From contig NC_011661.1 in the NCBI RefSeq assembly GCF_000021645.1, positions 723 through 32,722 of the forward strand: a stretch of 32,000 nt of DNA, read 5' to 3'. Made by a program: the position numbers and the translations under genes. Under the pieces are notes generated by a model that saw only the letters and a list, made by a program, of their open reading frames with translations, did not search any database and had not been told where the DNA came from. Numbering within the stretch: the stretch's first letter is position 1; each line of letters starts with the position of its first letter. Origin of the DNA: Dictyoglomus turgidum DSM 6724 (GTDB lineage Bacteria > Dictyoglomota > Dictyoglomia > Dictyoglomales > Dictyoglomaceae). Positions 18,486 through 26,682 of this stretch are shown in pieces.

Positions 18486-20286
18486 TTTAGGAACTACAAA
18501 CTCTCTAATTGCATATCTTGAAGGTGGAAGGCCTGTGATAATACCAAACGCAGAGGGAAGTAGACTAACCCCCTCCATTGTTGCCTTTACCAAAGATGGA
18601 CAACTTCTTGTAGGAGAGCCTGCCAAAAGACAAGCAATTGTTAATGCAGAAAGAACTATAAGATCTATTAAAAGACATATGGGAACAAACTATAAGGTAA
18701 AAATTGATGATAAAGAATATACTCCTCAGGAAATCTCTGCAATGATTTTAAGAAAACTTAAGAGAGATGCGGAAGCATATTTAGGAGAGAAGATTGAAAA
18801 GGCAGTAATAACTGTACCTGCATACTTCTCTGATGCTCAGAGGCAAGCTACAAAGGATGCAGGAGCTATCGCAGGGCTTGAGGTAGTAAGAATAATTAAT
18901 GAACCTACAGCTGCAGCTCTTGCTTATGGGCTTGATAAAGAGGGACATCAAAAGATTTTGGTCTTTGACCTTGGTGGCGGTACCTTTGATGTATCCATCT
19001 TAGAAATTGGAGAAGGAGTATTTGAAGTAATAGCTACTGCAGGAAATAATAGACTTGGCGGAGATGACTTTGATGAAAGGATTGTAAACTGGCTGATTGA
19101 AAACTTCATGGAAGAACATGGAATTAATTTAAGAGAGGATAAAACTGCCCTACAGAGACTATATGAGGCAGCTGAAAAAGCAAAGATTGAGCTTTCCTCA
19201 AAATTACAAACAGAAATCAATCTTCCTTTCATTGCAATGAAAGGAAATACTCCATTACATCTTTCCTATACACTCACAAGAGCAAAATTTGAAGAATTAA
19301 CCTATGACTTGGTAGAAAAAACCAAAGAGCCTACCGAAAGAGCCTTGAAAGATGCAGGTCTTTCTCCATCTCAAATTGACAAGATAATCCTTGTGGGTGG
19401 AGCAACAAGAATGCCATGTATACAGGAATGGATAAAGAAACACTTTGGAAAAGAACCTCAAAGAAATGTTAACCCTGATGAGGCAGTAGCTCTTGGTGCA
19501 GCTATTCAGGCAGGAGTAATTGGTGGAGAAATAAGAGATATTGTGCTTGTGGATGTAACTCCTCTTTCCCTCGGTATTGAAACCCTTGGTGGTGTGTTTA
19601 CAAAAATAATTGAAAGAAATACTCCTATTCCCGTTTCCAAGAGCCAGATCTTTACTACTGCAGCAGATTATCAAACCAGTGTAGAAATCCATGTATTACA
19701 AGGTGAAAGAGCCCTCGCAAAAGATAATATCAGCCTTGGAAGATTTATCTTAGATGGAATTCCACCTGCTCCTCGTGGAGTGCCCCAAATTGAAGTAACC
19801 TTTGATATTGATGTAAACGGGATTGTTCATGTCTCTGCAAAGGATAAAGCAACAGGAAGAGAGCAAAGAATAACCATTTCTAACGCCATAAGACTTTCTG
19901 AAGCTGAAATTAAGAGAATGACAGAAGAAGCAAAGAGATTTGAAGAGGAAGATAGAAAGAGAAGAGAAGAGATTGAAACCAAAAACCAAGCAGAACATCT
20001 TATATATACTGCAAGAAAAACTCTAAAAGATTACGGAGATAAGGTGAGTAAAGACATAGTACAGAAGGTAGAAGATAAAATAAAGAACTTAGAAGAATTA
20101 ATTAAACCCGAAAGAATAAACGTAGAACAGGTTAGAAAAGGCATGGAAGAACTTACTCAAACCCTTGGAGAGATAGGACAATTTATGTATCAATCAGCAG
20201 GAAGTACTGCAGGAAATCCGGGACAAGGACAAAGCACTGAAAATCCCGGAGGAAAAACCATAGACGGAGACTATAAGGTGAACTAA
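18463..20286 (+). CDS. dnaK: Hsp70 chaperone DnaK
   Basis: Motifs [21 protein letters not shown] and VGGATRMP are present. AAGGAGG at 18447..18453 is 9 nt from ATG 18463; the track start at 18457 is only 3 nt from it. Confidence 0.95.
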   Translation: MAKIVGIDLGTTNSLIAYLEGGRPVIIPNAEGSRLTPSIVAFTKDGQLLVGEPAKRQAIVNAERTIRSIKRHMGTNYKVKIDDKEYTPQEISAMILRKLKRDAEAYLGEKIEKAVITVPAYFSDAQRQATKDAGAIAGLEVVRIINEPTAAALAYGLDKEGHQKILVFDLGGGTFDVSILEIGEGVFEVIATAGNNRLGGDDFDERIVNWLIENFMEEHGINLREDKTALQRLYEAAEKAKIELSSKLQTEINLPFIAMKGNTPLHLSYTLTRAKFEELTYDLVEKTKEPTERALKDAGLSPSQIDKIILVGGATRMPCIQEWIKKHFGKEPQRNVNPDEAVALGAAIQAGVIGGEIRDIVLVDVTPLSLGIETLGGVFTKIIERNTPIPVSKSQIFTTAADYQTSVEIHVLQGERALAKDNISLGRFILDGIPPAPRGVPQIEVTFDIDVNGIVHVSAKDKATGREQRITISNAIRLSEAEIKRMTEEAKRFEEEDRKRREEIETKNQAEHLIYTARKTLKDYGDKVSKDIVQKVEDKIKNLEELIKPERINVEQVRKGMEELTQTLGEIGQFMYQSAGSTAGNPGQGQSTENPGGKTIDGDYKVN

Positions 20287-20288
20287 TT

Positions 20289-21455
20289 ATGCCTGGAAAA
20301 AAAGATTATTATGAAATCCTGGGTGTGCCAAGAAATGCCACCCAGGATGAAATAAAACAGGCATATAGAAGATTAGTAAGACAATACCACCCAGATCTAA
20401 ATAAAGATCCGGGTGCCCAGGAAAAATTCAAAGAAATTAACGAAGCTTATGAGGTACTCTCTGACCCTCAAAAAAGAGCTCAATATGACCAATTTGGAAG
20501 TGTAGGGGATTTTTCAGGATATGGAGATTTCCAAGGAAATTGGCAACCGGGAGGTTTTGATTTTGAAGATTTAGGAAGAAATTTTGAAGATATCTTTGAA
20601 AGCTTCTTTGGAGACAGTATATTTGGAGATCTATTTGGAAGAAGAAGAGAAAGAGAGAAAGCCCCGAGAAAAGGGCAAGATCTAAGGTATGATATAAACA
20701 TTACCTTGGAAGAAGCAGCCTTTGGAGGAAATAAAGAAATATATATAACAAGGCTTGAAACCTGTCCTACCTGTAAAGGAACAGGGGTAGAACCAGGAAC
20801 AAGCCCCATAAAATGTGATATGTGTAATGGAACAGGACAGGTAAGAAATATGAGACAAACCCCCTTTGGCCAATTTGTTCAAATAACCACATGCCCTAAA
20901 TGCCATGGTACAGGACAAATAATAACCAACCCATGCCATGAATGCCATGGTACAGGAAAAGTAAGGAAAAAAAGAAAAATTGAATTTAAGATACCAGCAG
21001 GAGTTGATGAAGGATACGTGATAAGGCTTCCAGGAGAGGGAGAGCCAGGTGAAAATGGAGGCCCAAATGGAGATATATACATTCATGTCCATATAATTCC
21101 CCACAAAATATTTAAAAGAGAGAATGAAAATATTTGGATGGAACTTCCTTTAGATTACCTTATTGCCCTCCTTGGAGGAGAGGTAGAAGTACCCACCTTG
21201 GAAGGTAAGGAGAAAATCTACATAAAGCCTGGAACTCAAACAGGCGAAATAATCACCCTAAAGGGCAAAGGAATACCATATCTTAGGAACAAAAATCAAA
21301 GAGGGGATCAAAAAATTGTTGTAAAAATTACTGTACCCCAAAGCTTATCCCAAAAGGAAAAGGAACTCCTTCTCGAGATAGCAAAAATCAGAGGAATAAA
21401 TGTGGAAAATAATAAAGGGTTTTTTGAGCAAATAAAGGAATCTTTCAAGAAGTGA
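20289..21455 (+). CDS. dnaJ: Hsp40 co-chaperone DnaJ
   Basis: J domain with HPD (YHPDLNKDP), a G/F-rich linker and four CxxCxGxG zinc motifs ([32 protein letters not shown]). Confidence 0.95.
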   Translation: MPGKKDYYEILGVPRNATQDEIKQAYRRLVRQYHPDLNKDPGAQEKFKEINEAYEVLSDPQKRAQYDQFGSVGDFSGYGDFQGNWQPGGFDFEDLGRNFEDIFESFFGDSIFGDLFGRRREREKAPRKGQDLRYDINITLEEAAFGGNKEIYITRLETCPTCKGTGVEPGTSPIKCDMCNGTGQVRNMRQTPFGQFVQITTCPKCHGTGQIITNPCHECHGTGKVRKKRKIEFKIPAGVDEGYVIRLPGEGEPGENGGPNGDIYIHVHIIPHKIFKRENENIWMELPLDYLIALLGGEVEVPTLEGKEKIYIKPGTQTGEIITLKGKGIPYLRNKNQRGDQKIVVKITVPQSLSQKEKELLLEIAKIRGINVENNKGFFEQIKESFKK

Positions 21456-21500
21456 TCTGTTTCATTTTCCAATATAAAGGAAAAAGTAGTAAAAAATAAA

Positions 21501-21526
21501 AAGCCCTCCCCACATGGGGAGGGCTT
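21501..21526 (-). terminator. Strong terminator between convergent dnaJ and the OMP-like gene (best U-tract on the minus strand)
   Basis: A perfect 11-bp stem AAGCCCTCCCC-ACAT-GGGGAGGGCTT is followed by TTTATTTTTT on the minus strand. The plus-strand tail is only ACGGTTTC. Confidence 0.8.
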
Positions 21527-21539
21527 ACGGTTTCAGTAA

Positions 21540-22631
21540 TTAGAATCCAATCATTAACTTGCTCTCTGCGTAGAATTTACCTCTTACATCTACGCCCCAG
21601 AGATTATCTGCACCTGTGAGATTTCCTCTATTGAAGCCGTTAGCGCTATAATCATCATAATCAAAGCCATAGCCTAAGAGTAAGTCATGGGATACTCCAC
21701 CACCAAGACTTACAGACCATTTTGCAAATCCACCGACGAGAGTATCTGGACCATTTGCTAAGGCTGCACCAAGAGATAAGGATCCAACTGGTACAGGAGC
21801 AGAAGCAGAAACATAACCAAATATTGTATAAGTTTCAGCTGTATTGTATTCTGCATATACGGTTGTATTGGGTACTACTTTGTCAGCAGTAACAGAAACC
21901 TTGAAAGTCTTTGCCTGAAGTTTATAATTTCCATTTACAGTCACTTTTCCTTCAACAGCTTTAACTGTTACTCCGATAAGTTGCTCAGGATTACTTGCAG
22001 CCTCACCACATACTGTTAAGGATACAGGAGCTGTAACTGGAGTTACAGATCCACCTACTGCCCAAGCACTTATTGTAGTATATGTAGCAGCCTTATTAAT
22101 TAAGCCGTAGAGGGATACGCTTACTGGTGTAGATAAAGAGGCCTCAGCTTTTACAGCAAGAGCCGCATCAGCCCATAAATTAGATTTCCACCAGGTATCC
22201 GCTGGAGCGTATGCTACAGTCACTTTAACAGGTGCCATATCGGCAACCACACTTATAGCAGTGGAAGATACAACATTACCAACCAACCTTGTAGAAAGGC
22301 CACCAAAGGTTCCTTTATAGAAGCTCAAAGTTAATGGATTATTGAATAATTTTGCAAAAGTGATTGTTCCAGTTGGAGATGCACTCCCACTAAGATCATA
22401 AGGTAGATTTACCTTAAAGGTTGCATTCACGCTACCAAGATTAGAGCTTCCAGAAAGGGAGAAAGTTAAGTTTCCAGAACCCCAAGTACCCCATGCAAAC
22501 CCATAACCATCAGAGAAAGGTAGAAATCTTGTATGAAAACCTACACCTATCCAGCTTGATGTACTAACATTAGCAGCAAATGCAGGAACCACTAAAAGAG
22601 CTAAAACTAACAACCATACAAATCTCTTCAT
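21540..22631 (-). CDS. Putative outer-membrane beta-barrel / major envelope protein
   Basis: 363 aa with signal peptide MKRFVWLLVLALLVVPAFA-AN and a C-terminal aromatic end (KLMIGF). It is very rich in A, S, T, G and V and poor in K and E, unlike its neighbours, and has alternating hydrophobic strands. A consensus promoter, a long leader and a strong terminator suggest high expression. The function is inferred. Confidence 0.6.
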   Translation of the reverse strand: MKRFVWLLVLALLVVPAFAANVSTSSWIGVGFHTRFLPFSDGYGFAWGTWGSGNLTFSLSGSSNLGSVNATFKVNLPYDLSGSASPTGTITFAKLFNNPLTLSFYKGTFGGLSTRLVGNVVSSTAISVVADMAPVKVTVAYAPADTWWKSNLWADAALAVKAEASLSTPVSVSLYGLINKAATYTTISAWAVGGSVTPVTAPVSLTVCGEAASNPEQLIGVTVKAVEGKVTVNGNYKLQAKTFKVSVTADKVVPNTTVYAEYNTAETYTIFGYVSASAPVPVGSLSLGAALANGPDTLVGGFAKWSVSLGGGVSHDLLLGYGFDYDDYSANGFNRGNLTGADNLWGVDVRGKFYAESKLMIGF

Positions 22632-22678
22632 TTTTCCTTGACCCCCTTAGGATTTTTTTTATAATTTTTTATAACTCA

Positions 22679-22762
22679 CTGGTAAGTTTCGAAACCTTAC
22701 CTTACCAGCCTACTTTTTTGAGTGGCACCTAAAGGTCTTCTCTTCACCTCCTTTCTTGCCAC
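22679..22762 (-). other. Structured 5' leader of the OMP-like mRNA (two hairpins plus a decoy Shine-Dalgarno)
   Basis: The first hairpin is CTGGTAAG...CTTACCAG (22679..22708), with an alternative 10-bp helix GGTAAGTTTC/GAAAC-C-TTACC. The second is GTGGCA/TGCCAC with an inner AAAGG/CCTTT pairing (22722..22762). It encloses the mRNA sequence AAAGGAGGUGA (22754..22744), which has no start codon after it. Confidence 0.5.
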
Positions 22763-22786
22763 CCAAAAAAGCTTTAACTGATTGTT

Positions 22787-22814
22787 ATTTTACTAAAAAT
22801 CTTTTTTATGTCAA
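22787..22814 (-). promoter_or_regulatory. Putative strong promoter of the OMP-like gene
   Basis: On the minus strand: TTGACA (22814..22809), a 16-nt spacer, then TAAAAT (22792..22787). This predicts a 5' UTR of about 150 nt. Confidence 0.55.
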
Positions 22815-22851
22815 GTACTCAATAATCACCTTACTCCATGAATAAGTAAAA

Positions 22852-22860
22852 TGATATAAT
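22852..22860 (+). promoter_or_regulatory. Extended -10 promoter element of lexA
   Basis: TGATATAAT ends 10 nt before the lexA ATG (22871). No Shine-Dalgarno lies in between. Confidence 0.5.
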
Positions 22861-22870
22861 CAAAACAGAA

Positions 22871-23470
22871 ATGTCCAAAAGTATTTTAAGTAAAAAACAA
22901 AAAGAAGTATTAGACTTTATAACCTCTTTTTGGAAAAAGGAGGGAAGAATTCCCACAGTAAGAGAGGTTTCAAAGGCTCTTGGCTTAAATTCCTCAGGTT
23001 CAGGATACTTCCATATGAAAGCCCTTGTAGAAAAAGGATATCTATCTCAGGATAAAAAGGGCAGATTTTATTTAAGAAATCTAATAAATGAAGAAATAAT
23101 TTATCTTCCCCTTGTAGGGACCATTAAAGCAGGAATTCCCGTAGAATCCCCTGAATATGTAGATGAATATATTCCTGTTCCTAAAAGCTTTGTAAAAATT
23201 CCTGAAAAATCCTTTTTATTAAAGGTTAAAGGGGATAGTATGGAAGGAGCACACATCCTTGACGGAGATCTTATTATCGTACAAAAGCAAGATATCGCTC
23301 AAAAAGGAGAAATTGTGGTAGCACTAAAAGATGGGGAATCTACGGTAAAATTCTTATCAGAAAACTATGGCATCCCTTGTTTAAAACCCGCAAACCCAAG
23401 ATATTCTGAAATATATCCTCCATTTAAGATAATTGGAAAAGTAATTGGAGTAATAAGACTTTTCAAATAA
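22871..23470 (+). CDS. lexA: LexA repressor
   Basis: 199 aa with an N-terminal winged helix (KKQKEVLDFI...PTVREV), an Ala-Gly cleavage site (IKAGIP), the catalytic Ser in GDSM and Lys in VALKDGESTVKF. Confidence 0.92.
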   Translation: MSKSILSKKQKEVLDFITSFWKKEGRIPTVREVSKALGLNSSGSGYFHMKALVEKGYLSQDKKGRFYLRNLINEEIIYLPLVGTIKAGIPVESPEYVDEYIPVPKSFVKIPEKSFLLKVKGDSMEGAHILDGDLIIVQKQDIAQKGEIVVALKDGESTVKFLSENYGIPCLKPANPRYSEIYPPFKIIGKVIGVIRLFK

Positions 23471-23479
23471 AAAGCAAAA

Positions 23480-23488
23480 TGTTATAAT
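23480..23488 (+). promoter_or_regulatory. Extended -10-like element downstream of the lexA stop, upstream of the glp-like leader
   Basis: TGTTATAAT lies 9 nt after the lexA stop codon and about 35 nt upstream of the terminator-like hairpin. Confidence 0.35.
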
Positions 23489-23522
23489 TTAAACAAAGAT
23501 TTTGGGCGAGGAGAAAAAGGAG

Positions 23523-23560
23523 AACCGCCCTGACTCTTTTAGGGTTAGGGCGGTTTTTTA
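23523..23560 (+). terminator. Rho-independent terminator after lexA, or leader terminator of the glp-like operon
   Basis: A 9-bp stem AACCGCCCT / AGGGCGGTT has a 15-nt loop and is followed by TTTTTT. Confidence 0.7.
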
Positions 23561-23586
23561 TTTGTATAAAAAGGGGAGGAATATCT

Positions 23587-25041
23587 ATGTATGACGTAAT
23601 AATAATAGGAGGCGGTATTATAGGAGCATTAATTGTAAGGGAATTTTCCTTTTACAATCTTTCTCTCCTTCTTATTGAAAAAGAATCCGACGTGTCTATG
23701 GGAGCAACAAAGGCAAATAGTGCCATAGTTCATGCAGGCTATGATCCGATCCCTGGTACTTTAAAGGCAAAAACCAATGTAGAAGGAAATAAATTATATC
23801 AAGAACTCTGCGAAGAATTAAGTGTGCCTTTCAAAAGAATAGGAGCCCTTGTCCTTGCCTTTAATGATGAAGAATTAAAGACCCTAATGGAGCTTAAAGA
23901 TAGAGGAATTAAAAATGGTGTTCCAGAGCTTTACATATTAAAGAGAGAAGAAGTTCTAAAAAGAGAACCCAATATTAGTAAAGATGTAAAATATGCCCTC
24001 TTTGCCCCTACATCGGGTATCACTAATCCTTTTCTACTTACCGTCCACGCCATAGAAAATGCCATAGGAAATGGACTTGTTGTAAAACTAAATGAAGAAG
24101 TAGTAAGTATTAAAAAGGAAGAAAAATTTTATCAGGTAATCACAAACAAAGATATATACTTAACAAAGTATATTATAAATTGCGCTGGAATAAACTCAGA
24201 CAAAATAATTAAAATGCTTGATCCTGATTATCCTTTTGAGATCATTCCAAGAAAAGGAGAATACTTGGTATTAGACAAAAAAGTAAAAGATTTTGTAAAA
24301 AGCACCATCTTTCATGTGCCCACAGAAAAAGGAAAAGGCGTCCTTATAACACCAACGGTAGAAGGAAATATTTTAATAGGTCCTAATGCTGAAGAAATTC
24401 CCAACAAAGAGGACAAAAGTACCACCTTAAACGGGCTTTTAGAAGTTAAAGAAAAAGCAAAAAATTACTGTGAAAACATACCTTTTCCCTTAGTAATAAA
24501 CACCTTTGCAGGTATAAGAGCATCAAGCACTTATAAAGATTTCTTCATAAAAGAACTTCCTGAGTTTAGAAATATTCTCCATATAGCAGGCATTGATTCT
24601 CCAGGTATAACTTCTGCTCCATCCATTTCAAAAATAGCATTGGAATGGCTTATGGAAAAGGAAAAAATTACTCCTAATAAGAACGCAAAAAGAACTCTTA
24701 ATAAAATATTTTTTAGAGATCTTCCCGATGAAGAAAAAGAAAGACTAATTAAAGAAGATCCAAGATGGGGACATATAATTTGTAGGTGTGAGCATGTAAG
24801 TGAGATGGAGGTAATCCTTGCCATCCATTCAAAACTTCCAGCTATCACCCTTGAGGCTATAAGAAAGAGAACCCGAGCTGGAATGGGAAGATGTCAAGGT
24901 GCCTTTTGCGGATACCACATAATGAAGATCCTCTCAGAAGAGCTAAACTTACCCTTGCCCCAAATTACTTTTAAAGGTAGTGGATCCTACATGGTTAAGA
25001 TGGAAAATAAAGCGAGGTGGAAGTATGTTAAAAGAAGTTGA
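23587..25041 (+). CDS. FAD-dependent oxidoreductase, glycerol-3-phosphate dehydrogenase-like, with a C-terminal BFD-like [2Fe-2S] domain
   Basis: 484 aa with the FAD Rossmann motif YDVIIIGGGIIG, a DAO-type body and a C-terminal cysteine pattern CRCEHV...GRCQGAFC. A Shine-Dalgarno GGGGAGGA is present. Confidence 0.8.
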   Translation: MYDVIIIGGGIIGALIVREFSFYNLSLLLIEKESDVSMGATKANSAIVHAGYDPIPGTLKAKTNVEGNKLYQELCEELSVPFKRIGALVLAFNDEELKTLMELKDRGIKNGVPELYILKREEVLKREPNISKDVKYALFAPTSGITNPFLLTVHAIENAIGNGLVVKLNEEVVSIKKEEKFYQVITNKDIYLTKYIINCAGINSDKIIKMLDPDYPFEIIPRKGEYLVLDKKVKDFVKSTIFHVPTEKGKGVLITPTVEGNILIGPNAEEIPNKEDKSTTLNGLLEVKEKAKNYCENIPFPLVINTFAGIRASSTYKDFFIKELPEFRNILHIAGIDSPGITSAPSISKIALEWLMEKEKITPNKNAKRTLNKIFFRDLPDEEKERLIKEDPRWGHIICRCEHVSEMEVILAIHSKLPAITLEAIRKRTRAGMGRCQGAFCGYHIMKILSEELNLPLPQITFKGSGSYMVKMENKARWKYVKRS

Positions 25042-26272
25042 TATAGTAATCATTGGGGGAGGACCAGCAGGGCTTTCCGCAGGAATTTCCTCAGGAAAAA
25101 AGGGGAAAAAAGTACTAATCCTTGAAAGAAACGATGAGCTTGGAGGAGTGCTTAATCAATGTATCCATCCAGGTTTTGGACTCGTATACTATAAAGAGGA
25201 ACTGACAGGTCCTGAATACGCCCAAAGATTGATACAAGAGATCAAAAATCTTAAAAACGTAGAATACTTTCTTAATACCATGGTGCTTCAAGTAAAGGAA
25301 GATAAAGAAGTAATTGCTGTAAATAGTGATGGACTTTGGAAAATTAAGGCAAAAGCAGTAATATTTTCCACAGGATGTAGGGAAAGGACCAGAGGAAACT
25401 TACAAATTCCAGGAGATAGACCTTCAGGTATATATACTGCTGGAACTGCCCAAAGATTAGTAAACATAGAAGGGTACCTTCCCGGAGAAAAAATTCTTAT
25501 CCTTGGATCAGGAGATATAGGACTTATCATGGCAAGAAGACTTTTATGGGAAGGGGCAGAAGTAATTGGAGTTGTAGAAAAACTTCCGTATCCCGGAGGA
25601 CTTACAAGAAACTTAGTCCAATGTCTTGAAGACTATAACATACCTCTTTTTCTTAAACATACTGTAGTGGAGATAAAAGGTAAAGACAGGCTTGAAGGAG
25701 TTTATATCGCACCGGTAGATGATCAGGGAAACCCTATCTGGGAAGATAAAAAATTTATTGAATGTGATACATTACTTCTTTCTGCAGGATTAATTCCTGA
25801 AAATGAACTTTTAGAAAATTTAAATATACCCATTGATATTGCAACAGGAGGCCCTTTTGTGGATCAAAATCTATCTACTTTAAAAGATGGATTTTTCTCT
25901 TGTGGAAATTCTCTCCTTGTAAATGACTTGGTAGATTATGTTACCATTCAAGGACTTCTTGCTGGAGAATCTGCTGTAAATTTTATAGAAGATGCTTTAA
26001 AAATAGAAAAAAGGATAAAATTAAAAATATCAGGAAACTTGCGATTTGTAGTACCCCAATACCTATCCTATCCTATAAATTTAAAGGATATAACCTTCTA
26101 TATGAGGGTAAAAGAACCACAAAAAAAGGCAAAACTCTCATTAAAAGATAAAGAGAAAAAACTAAAAGAATGGAGATATCCATTGGTAAAACCTGCTGAA
26201 ATGATTGTAGTCAGAATAAGATCAGAAGATCTTTATGAAGTAGAAAGTTTAGAATTTTCTATGGAGGGGTAA
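25025..26272 (+). CDS. NAD(P)/FAD-dependent pyridine nucleotide-disulfide-type oxidoreductase
   Basis: Two Rossmann motifs are present (DIVIIGGGPAGL and ILILGSGDIGLIMA). GAGGTGG lies 4 nt upstream of ATG 25025; the track start at 24980 adds an implausible extension. The gene overlaps the upstream gene by 17 nt. Confidence 0.8.
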   Translation: MLKEVDIVIIGGGPAGLSAGISSGKKGKKVLILERNDELGGVLNQCIHPGFGLVYYKEELTGPEYAQRLIQEIKNLKNVEYFLNTMVLQVKEDKEVIAVNSDGLWKIKAKAVIFSTGCRERTRGNLQIPGDRPSGIYTAGTAQRLVNIEGYLPGEKILILGSGDIGLIMARRLLWEGAEVIGVVEKLPYPGGLTRNLVQCLEDYNIPLFLKHTVVEIKGKDRLEGVYIAPVDDQGNPIWEDKKFIECDTLLLSAGLIPENELLENLNIPIDIATGGPFVDQNLSTLKDGFFSCGNSLLVNDLVDYVTIQGLLAGESAVNFIEDALKIEKRIKLKISGNLRFVVPQYLSYPINLKDITFYMRVKEPQKKAKLSLKDKEKKLKEWRYPLVKPAEMIVVRIRSEDLYEVESLEFSMEG

Positions 26273-26274
26273 AT

Positions 26275-26682
26275 ATGAAAAAGAATTTAACTTGTATTGT
26301 CTGCCCCTTGGGATGTCACCTTGAAATAGAGGTTATCCATGGAGAGATAATTGTTAAGGGAAACAAATGCGAAAGAGGAAAAAGTTATGCCGAAGAAGAG
26401 ATAAAAAGCCCCAAAAGAGTTCTTACCACTACTGTAAAGATTAAAAATGGAAAATATAATGTAGTACCTGTTAAAACTACAGGACCCATTCCTAAGGATT
26501 ATCTTTTTGAACTTCTTAAAAAACTTGCTGATATAGAAATAGAAGCACCTGTCCCTCAGGGATTTAAGGTGTTAGAAAAGGTATATCAAGAGGTGGATGT
26601 GGTTACTACTCGTTCCATGGAGAAAAGAGAGATTACCAAAAATATCAAAGATATCAAGAATAAAGCCTCAAATCCTACATAG
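26275..26682 (+). CDS. DUF1667 domain protein, third member of the glp-like oxidoreductase trio
   Basis: 135 aa with CIVCPLGC...GNKCERG...PKRVLTTTV, typical of DUF1667. The start lies 2 nt after the upstream stop. Confidence 0.75.
   Translation: MKKNLTCIVCPLGCHLEIEVIHGEIIVKGNKCERGKSYAEEEIKSPKRVLTTTVKIKNGKYNVVPVKTTGPIPKDYLFELLKKLADIEIEAPVPQGFKVLEKVYQEVDVVTTRSMEKREITKNIKDIKNKASNPT

Noticed and set aside
18948-19692. Long antisense ORFs inside dnaK (18948..19232 and 19297..19692). There are similar ones inside dnaJ (20480..21104), the PEGA gene (3300..3521 and 4586..4891), the reverse gyrase gene (13915..14178) and others in the ORF track.
   Set aside because: They lie entirely within well-supported conserved genes on the opposite strand. 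They have low-complexity or Cys/Ser/Phe-rich translations, no Shine-Dalgarno and no recognisable motifs. They are typical shadow ORFs.
21540-22631. The higher-GC OMP-like gene, considered as a horizontally acquired island.
   Set aside because: There are no flanking repeats, tRNA, integrase or mobile-element remnants. The shift is explained by the Ala/Gly/Ser/Thr/Val-rich, Lys/Glu-poor amino-acid composition typical of outer-membrane proteins and by the likely high expression.
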